This document shows, one piece after another, positions 14,222 to 20,000 of a DNA stretch of 20,000 bases. Each line of letters starts with the position of its first letter. Positions within the stretch are counted from its first letter, which is position 1. Origin of the DNA: an uncultured virus (IMG/VR IMGVR_UViG_3300043772_000843) (taxonomy: Duplodnaviria > Heunggongvirae > Uroviricota > Caudoviricetes); IMG/VR virus record IMGVR_UViG_3300043772_000843; one strand, 5' to 3'. Both the position numbers and the translations under genes were made by a program. The notes under the pieces are model-generated. The model searched no databases and was not told the origin of the DNA. It saw only the letters and a list, made by a program, of their open reading frames with translations.

Positions 14222-16672
14222 TTAGCCCCGTGGGTTGTTGGGGTTGTTGGCAGGTCGGGGCCGCGAGGCTTGGATCACCTTCACCGCCCTATCCGCGTCC
14301 TTTGACTGCTTGTCCATGACAGTCTTCATGGTGGCCTTACGGTTTTCTGACGCGAGTCGTTCGCGGTCGAGTCGCAGGCGCTCTTGGGCGACGATGAAGT
14401 CCATCTCGTCGTTCTTGGCCTTCCTCTGGCTGTCGCGCTCCTTGAGCTGCAACTCTGCCTGAGCGATCTGAAGCTCAGGGTTCTGGGCCTGCTGTTGTGC
14501 GGCCTGCTGCGCCGCCATCGCTTGGTTCATCACCAGTGTGCGCTGGGCAGCGGCGGCGACCAGCGGAGCCAGAGCCTTCTCGTCGTCCAGCGTGATGGGA
14601 GCGGTGTCGTCCTCGTCCAGCGCGGGCAGCGGGACCCCGAGGGACATCTCGATCTGTGCCCGGTACGAGAACCCAGCGTGCTCCGCGATGTGGGCCATAA
14701 GCGCAGCCATCATCTGCTGCGCCATCGGGTTCTGACCGATAGCCATCGCGATCTTCGGGTCCTGCATGAACGACTGGTGCACTGCCATGTGCGCCTCGTG
14801 GTCTTGGTACGCGAAGGCCTTGACGGGCTTGCCGCGCAGCACGTTCATGTTCTCGGTGACGGGGTCTTGTGGTTTCTGGTCCTCGGGCAGCGGCACCAGC
14901 TTGTCGGCGTTCTTGATCCCCAGCACCTCCAGCATCTGGCGGTGAAGCTGCGGCAGGTTGTAGATCTGCGGAGCCCCTTGGGCAAGCTGAAGCGCCGCTT
15001 GGTACTGCACCACCCGCTGACTCATGGTCGCCGCGTTCGGGTCGCTGACCGGGATCACCTCGACGAGGGAGTAGTCGCTCTGCCGCGCACGCGGCACCGC
15101 CGTGTCAGGCTCGTAGTCGTAGGACTCCGGGGCGAAGTCAGCGATGATGGCTTTCAGGAGCTTCAGCTCCTGTTTCATCGCGTAGTGCATCCGCGCCTGC
15201 ACCGCCGACATGATCTTGAGCTGGCGCTCCAGCAGCGCCAGCATGGTGCCCACCGGGGCCTGCGCGGACATGTCCGAGACCTTCAAGTCTGCTGTGGCGG
15301 CGAACCGCCGCGCCTCGTCCACGATGCTGTTCAGCAGCGTCAGGAGCGTCTGGGACGGCTCCTTGTAGGGCAGGGGCATGATGTTGTCGCGCACCGTGCC
15401 GGAGGGCACGTCGACGTCCCTGAACTCGCCCGGGGCGATGGGGGTATCGTCCCCTTTGATTCGAAGGCCACGGGCCTTCAGTCCCCCAGGCAGGTTTGAC
15501 AGAGTACCGGCGTCGACCAACTGGCGGGTCAGGCTCGTGGCGCTCTTGGCCGCGCCTCCAATGAGGTGAATCAGCCCGAAGCCATACGCACCGAAGCCCG
15601 GGATGTACTGGTAGTGCACGAAGTGCTGACGCGCTTGGTGGGTCAAGTCTCCTTCAAGCCAGTTTCTCCTGATGGAGAGCACTGCACCGGTATCTTTAAT
15701 CACCGTGACGACGTAGGGCCGCTCGATGGCGGTGGGGTTGCCGTCCTTGTCCTTGTGCTCGTCGCCCGGGATGCTCAGCTCGACGTGGATCTCCAACAAC
15801 AAAAATCTGTCGTCATGGGTGGCGGCGAAGCCGGTCTCCTCGTCCTTTCTTTTCTGTATCTCATCAATGTTCTTGTTCGGCTCACCAATGTCGATGTCGC
15901 GGTAGAACCCGGCGTTTTGGAGACGTAGGATCTCGTTCTTGGTCTTCCTCATCCTGTGCGTGACGCGTGGGCACGAGGAGAGTTCTGACGTGCCGTAAGG
16001 CAGGATGATGTCTTCAGCAGGGATGAAGGTCGAGACCTGACGGTCAAGATTGCGGTCGAAGTAGACCTTCTTGAAGGCGGAGCCCGCGATCGGCAGGTTC
16101 CACAAGAGTTTCTCATGCTCCGGGCGATACTCCACCATGACTTCCGTCAACTGGTAGTTCATGTCGTCCTGCACGCGTGCTGCGGCCTCTTCCTTCTCTC
16201 GTGTCTGTTTCCCAATGATCTTGGCCTTGACGGGGCCTGCGGCAGGGAACAGCTCAGTGATGGCTTCACTCTGGAACCGCACCACCGCCTCGGTGAGGAT
16301 GGGGGAGAACACACCGCATGCACCGGACCAAGGCTCCGTCCGCTCCTCATACTTGAGGCCCAAGAGCTTCAGTCCATCAGCGTAAGTCTCTTCCCAGTCT
16401 TTCCGGGAGTTGATGTCGTTGTCATAGTCCCCCAACAGCCCCCCGGAAACCTCTTCGAGGATCGCTTCATCAAGGATGTCGGCCAAGTTCGCTTCAAAGT
16501 CGTCGCCCAGGTCATCGTCTCCTGGCACGAGGGTGATCTCAACGCCATCGGTGTCGATGGTGACACTGTCCGGATTTTCAATTTCGATTTCAAGGGCAGG
16601 CTCATCGCCCATTACCTCCGGCAGGGGCGGCACGCCCGTCGAGTACAACGCTTTGTCAATGTTGGTCGCCAT
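14222..16672 (-). CDS. Portal protein (large, P22-like with C-terminal helical extension)
   Basis: 816 aa after terL: SRKDWEETY, GSAFKKVYFD, GFGLIHLIGG, LVDAGTLSNLPGG, and a Gln/Ala-rich helical tail. Confidence 0.88.
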   Translation of the reverse strand: MATNIDKALYSTGVPPLPEVMGDEPALEIEIENPDSVTIDTDGVEITLVPGDDDLGDDFEANLADILDEAILEEVSGGLLGDYDNDINSRKDWEETYADGLKLLGLKYEERTEPWSGACGVFSPILTEAVVRFQSEAITELFPAAGPVKAKIIGKQTREKEEAAARVQDDMNYQLTEVMVEYRPEHEKLLWNLPIAGSAFKKVYFDRNLDRQVSTFIPAEDIILPYGTSELSSCPRVTHRMRKTKNEILRLQNAGFYRDIDIGEPNKNIDEIQKRKDEETGFAATHDDRFLLLEIHVELSIPGDEHKDKDGNPTAIERPYVVTVIKDTGAVLSIRRNWLEGDLTHQARQHFVHYQYIPGFGAYGFGLIHLIGGAAKSATSLTRQLVDAGTLSNLPGGLKARGLRIKGDDTPIAPGEFRDVDVPSGTVRDNIMPLPYKEPSQTLLTLLNSIVDEARRFAATADLKVSDMSAQAPVGTMLALLERQLKIMSAVQARMHYAMKQELKLLKAIIADFAPESYDYEPDTAVPRARQSDYSLVEVIPVSDPNAATMSQRVVQYQAALQLAQGAPQIYNLPQLHRQMLEVLGIKNADKLVPLPEDQKPQDPVTENMNVLRGKPVKAFAYQDHEAHMAVHQSFMQDPKIAMAIGQNPMAQQMMAALMAHIAEHAGFSYRAQIEMSLGVPLPALDEDDTAPITLDDEKALAPLVAAAAQRTLVMNQAMAAQQAAQQQAQNPELQIAQAELQLKERDSQRKAKNDEMDFIVAQERLRLDRERLASENRKATMKTVMDKQSKDADRAVKVIQASRPRPANNPNNPRG

Positions 16673-16705
16673 GAGGGCTCCGAAGGGTGTGGGGGGGGTG
16701 TTGGA

Positions 16706-18253
16706 TCAGTAGTACGCCGCTTTGCGGGCGTGGAAGTGTTGAGGTTCGCGGAAGTCAGATGGCAAGCCAATCAGCCCACCTTGTCTGAAGCGCGACAGCG
16801 CCATCGAGGTGCAGTCCACCATGTCATCATGGGACCCGAAGGGGAATGCCACGCACTGTTCAATCACTTCTTCAGCCCACCGTCGTCCCTCGGGATACCA
16901 GACCATGCCGCTGCGGATAATGTCAGCCACGGCGCTCAGACGAGCCACTTTATCACCGGTGCCACGGTGCGGCGTAAATTCTTGCACCGGGATACCCATA
17001 CGGCGTAGCTCTTGGTACAGAGGCACCCCGCTGGACTTCTTCTCGACAATGAACGCTTCCGGCTCCCATTCGTTCCACTCGCGAATGGCGAGGTCTTTCA
17101 GTTCCGGGAACTCAACACGCACGTTGATGGCGTTCAGTAGGATGATGTGTGGCTCGCCGTTGGTCAGATTGTCGTCACTAAAAACTCCCCAGGTGAGAAG
17201 GGCGGTGAAGTCGGCACGGTTGTTCTTTTCCGCCGCTGCGTCCAACGTCATGATGACAAAATCACACTTGGGCGGGTCGTCCAACTTCCAAGATCGCCAC
17301 CAATCGCGCTGGATAATCGCACCCTGCTCCCCGGTGGGGTTCTGCATGTACTGTGCGTTCCATTGGAACAGCGGCATGGACGCTTTGGTCCGTTCCAAGG
17401 CTTCGAGATCGAATTTTTCCGGCCAAAGGGCCTTTTCGACAACTTCAACGCCATCTGGGCCTTCCTTTTCGACGGTTAGTATGGCTGGGAACTCGAAGAC
17501 TTCGTACTGATCTGCCTTGGGATTGTTGGCACCGTCCTTGATCAGGTGCCCAATGAGGTCATCTTGGTGCCAGCGGGTGTGAACTACCGCTACACGGCCC
17601 CCCGACATGAGACGAGTACGTGCACCGAAGGCGAACCACTGGTAGGTTTTCTCCAGTTCATCGAAATTGCCCGTAAGCAGGTCTTGTTCTGAGTGCGGAT
17701 CGTCGACTAAAAGAAGGTCAGCACCGCGACCAGCGAGGGCGGCACCGACGCCCGTGGCGAAATATTCCCCTCCGGAGTTGGTTGACCACCGTCCAGCGCT
17801 TTTTGAGTCCTGAGCAAGGGTGATGGCGGGAAATACGGCCTTGTAACGTGCGTCATCAATGAGGTTTCGCACCTTTCGACCGAAATCGACGGCCAGATCG
17901 CCAGTGTGTGACACCATCAGCACCTTTTTATTGGGGAATTTCCCCAAAAACCATGCTGGAAACAGCGTGCTGATCAGGTGCGACTTACCATGCCGAGGGG
18001 GGATGGAGACTGCGATCCGATCTTTGAGCCCGTAAGCGATGTTTGTCAGCAGTTCCGCAAGTCGTTTGTGGTGGGTAGCGATGACATACGATGGGTCCAT
18101 ATGTTGGCAAAATGCCAACAGGTCATCCTGACACTTCTTGGCGTGCTTTCTCCGCTCCAGCTCCTCCAGCACCGACAGTAGGCGTGTCTGCTCATCGGCA
18201 GTCAGCCTGTGGATGTTCGCCAAGGCGAATTGGATCTCCTGTTCGGTCAGCAC
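16706..18253 (-). CDS. terL: Terminase large subunit
   Basis: Walker A IPPRHGKS, Walker B LLLVDDP, coupling motif HTRWH, and RNase H-like nuclease TLD...IVEKK...HDDMVD. GTG start. Confidence 0.95.
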   Translation of the reverse strand: MLTEQEIQFALANIHRLTADEQTRLLSVLEELERRKHAKKCQDDLLAFCQHMDPSYVIATHHKRLAELLTNIAYGLKDRIAVSIPPRHGKSHLISTLFPAWFLGKFPNKKVLMVSHTGDLAVDFGRKVRNLIDDARYKAVFPAITLAQDSKSAGRWSTNSGGEYFATGVGAALAGRGADLLLVDDPHSEQDLLTGNFDELEKTYQWFAFGARTRLMSGGRVAVVHTRWHQDDLIGHLIKDGANNPKADQYEVFEFPAILTVEKEGPDGVEVVEKALWPEKFDLEALERTKASMPLFQWNAQYMQNPTGEQGAIIQRDWWRSWKLDDPPKCDFVIMTLDAAAEKNNRADFTALLTWGVFSDDNLTNGEPHIILLNAINVRVEFPELKDLAIREWNEWEPEAFIVEKKSSGVPLYQELRRMGIPVQEFTPHRGTGDKVARLSAVADIIRSGMVWYPEGRRWAEEVIEQCVAFPFGSHDDMVDCTSMALSRFRQGGLIGLPSDFREPQHFHARKAAYY

Positions 18254-18278
18254 GGGTCGAGTTGGGTTGGGTTGGGGG

Positions 18279-18875
18279 TCAGCTCAACAGCGCGTCAACG
18301 TCGATTGGTTTAGTGGTTGTGATGGGCGGAGCCAGCACCACCGCCTCTTCAGCGTCTTCCGTACCCATGAGCTTGCGCAACTTGTCCTTGAGGGTGTTCT
18401 CAAGGTCGACCGTCGAGCGATTGTTGACGGTGATCTCGGTGCGTTCGGTGAACAGTCCGACGTCGCTGACCTTGCCGAGCATCTCAAGGGCTCGCATTCT
18501 GATGCGGGCGTCGGGGTTTTCCGACTCGATGATCAACCTGTTGGTGACGTAGTGGCGCAGACGCTTGGCATCCCGCACCACCTCCATGTCGTACCGGGTC
18601 AGGATGGCATTGACGTAGTAGGCACCCTCGGGCGTTTCCAAGGCTCCATTGACCTTCGGTGGCGTCTCACCCTTGCTTGCGGAGCGCAACACGTTCTCTG
18701 CCACGTCGGTCAGCTCACACACGTCAGGTGGCTCGTCCTCGTAGCCCTCAGACAACAAAAGGCCAGCGGTGTTGCACGCGGCCTGTGCACGGGCCCGCAC
18801 CTCGTTGTACGAAACCCCCTGCGGGGGCTTGCCTATGGGCAGTGGGACGAAGTCTTCAACCTGCGTTTTGATCAT
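18279..18875 (-). CDS. Putative terminase small subunit
   Basis: Directly upstream of terL; RHYVTNRLIIES.NPDARIRMRALEMLGKVSDVGLFTER. ATG 18875 (AGGA upstream) is preferred because ATG 18911 overlaps the predicted -10. Confidence 0.65.
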   Translation of the reverse strand: MIKTQVEDFVPLPIGKPPQGVSYNEVRARAQAACNTAGLLLSEGYEDEPPDVCELTDVAENVLRSASKGETPPKVNGALETPEGAYYVNAILTRYDMEVVRDAKRLRHYVTNRLIIESENPDARIRMRALEMLGKVSDVGLFTERTEITVNNRSTVDLENTLKDKLRKLMGTEDAEEAVVLAPPITTTKPIDVDALLS

Positions 18876-18909
18876 GGTGGCTTCCTGCGCCGCACCTGGG
18901 CGTAATGCC

Positions 18910-18939
18910 ATGGTACCCCGATTTGCGCCCTCGCGTCAA
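18910..18939 (-). promoter_or_regulatory. Sigma70-like promoter for the packaging/structural operon
   Basis: TTGACG (18939-18934), 18-nt spacer, TACCAT (18915-18910). Confidence 0.65.
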
Positions 18940-19188
18940 CTCGGTGTTTTGGTTCTATCCCGTGTCACTTTGCTGCCCATTTTGGTACCATAAACCGGGG
19001 GGTACTTTAGGTACCATTGACGGGGGGTGTTCGCATATTTAAGTACCCCGGGGGTGTACTTGTTAAAGTCCCACATACGGAAATTATTTGTCATCGTGGG
19101 TGCGGAATACAGCGTAACGCGCGGGCGGGACTCCAAACCCATAGCGGGGGGTGGGGGGACGGTGGGGTCCAATTTACCGGTAAACACG

Positions 19189-19216
19189 TTGACGGGAACC
19201 GTGGATATGTTACAGT
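19189..19216 (+). promoter_or_regulatory. Sigma70-like promoter with extended -10
   Basis: TTGACG (19189-19194), 16-nt spacer ending TGT, TACAGT (19211-19216). Confidence 0.65.
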
Positions 19217-19289
19217 CCGTTCACTGCATCGATCGATGCGGTCCGACCCGGCGGAACCGGGGTGACACAAACCCGAATGAGGTAATGTC

Positions 19290-19862
19290 ATGGCTACTCG
19301 TAAGATTGACAATTCCCCTGCGGCCCTGCGCAGCGCTGCTATCAAGGCAGCGCAGGATGCGATCGCGGCCAAAGGCAAACTGGACGGATTCTCCAAGCGT
19401 TTCACTGCCGCAGTCTTGCGCCTTGCGGCGCAGGGTACAGACGAAAGCCGCGCCGAGGGTGAGAATCTCGGCGTCGCGCTGGCCAAGCTCACGGGAGGCG
19501 CATCGTACGCTTCAAACGCGAAGCGTATCCTTGCAGCGACTCCGGCTGCTGCGCGCAAGGCCCTTGAGGCTTGCGAGGATGATGGCGGTTCAGGGTTCCC
19601 CGCACCTGCCGGATTGTTCAAAAAGTTCCCGGAGGAATTCCCAAGCTTGTCGAACAGCGGACGCCCTGCGGCTGCGGCTGCGGCTGCGGCTGCGGCTGCG
19701 AACGATAGTGTGTCGCTGAACACCCCGGCAGGGTGGACACTGGCGCTCACTGCGCTCTGCGCCAATGTCCAAGGGCAGAAGTCGTGGACGAACGACGATA
19801 TCGCGGCGGCTCGCGATAGTGCTCAGCGCATCCTCGCGATCATCAAGCGAAACGCGGCGTGA
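19290..19862 (+). CDS. Ala-rich hypothetical protein (possible first early gene)
   Basis: 190-aa ORF with GAGGT RBS, its own promoter and downstream terminators; the only convincing plus-strand gene. Confidence 0.8.
   Translation: MATRKIDNSPAALRSAAIKAAQDAIAAKGKLDGFSKRFTAAVLRLAAQGTDESRAEGENLGVALAKLTGGASYASNAKRILAATPAAARKALEACEDDGGSGFPAPAGLFKKFPEEFPSLSNSGRPAAAAAAAAAAANDSVSLNTPAGWTLALTALCANVQGQKSWTNDDIAAARDSAQRILAIIKRNAA
19666..19700 (+). repeat. Hexamer microsatellite (CTGCGG) x about 5.8 encoding Ala11
   Basis: ctgcggctgcggctgcggctgcggctgcggctgcg read directly. Confidence 0.9.
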
Positions 19863-19894
19863 CCGGCAGGGGGCCCGGCCCCCTAGACCCCGAC

Positions 19895-19924
19895 AACCCC
19901 GGCGAAAGTCGGGGTTTTTTTTTT
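19895..19924 (+). terminator. Intrinsic terminator 1
   Basis: AACCCCGGC-GAAA-GTCGGGGTT with a T10 run. Confidence 0.9.
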
Positions 19925-19926
19925 GT

Positions 19927-19958
19927 GCCCGCAGGGTTCGCGCCCTGTGGGCTTTTTT
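19927..19958 (+). terminator. Intrinsic terminator 2 (tandem)
   Basis: GCCCGCAGGG-TTCGCG-CCCTGTGGGC followed by T6. Confidence 0.82.
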
Positions 19959-20000
19959 GCGTCCGGACCGGGTGTCAGAAGCACGCGAGTACGCGAGCGG

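Noticed and set aside
19017..19045. Third TTGACG as a promoter
   Set aside because: No convincing -10 at 16-18 nt and no gene directly downstream.
18975..19170. CRISPR array or tRNA in the divergent spacer
   Set aside because: Repeats are only 6-8 nt and irregularly spaced; no cloverleaf or T-loop is seen.
19027..19765. ORFs 19027..19719 (+) and 19091..19765 (-)
   Set aside because: They overlap 19290..19862, which has the promoter, RBS and terminators; they stay open partly because of the stop-free hexamer repeat.
1..20000. Alternative genetic code
   Set aside because: Genes tile tightly under code 11, with TAA, TGA and TAG all used as stops.

Overview
The window is the packaging, head and neck/tail module of a GC-rich tailed dsDNA phage (Caudoviricetes), read almost entirely on the minus strand. 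Gene order from right to left: terS, terL, an 816-aa portal, a small conserved ORF, a GroES-like co-chaperonin, a scaffold-like protein, a hypothetical, a putative capsid decoration protein, the major capsid protein, a terminator, and a second unit with a structured leader. That unit holds virion proteins, about nine small Lys/Arg-rich proteins, two adaptor-like proteins, a Zn-finger/Gly-rich fusion, two AT-rich HNH endonucleases and a large repeat-containing tail/adhesin gene. The tail/adhesin gene runs off the left edge and is missing from the ORF track. At the right end a G-tract-rich spacer with divergent sigma70-like promoters (possible genome end or pac region) precedes one plus-strand gene closed by tandem terminators. 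The most notable observations are a double-pseudoknot leader that can sequester an RBS (10152-10240), a second pseudoknot before groES, basic mini-proteins sharing hydrophobic-x-x-GG motifs, and an apparent ATC start codon behind an RBS supplied by an HNH gene. All product calls come from motifs and synteny read by eye; no database search was run.
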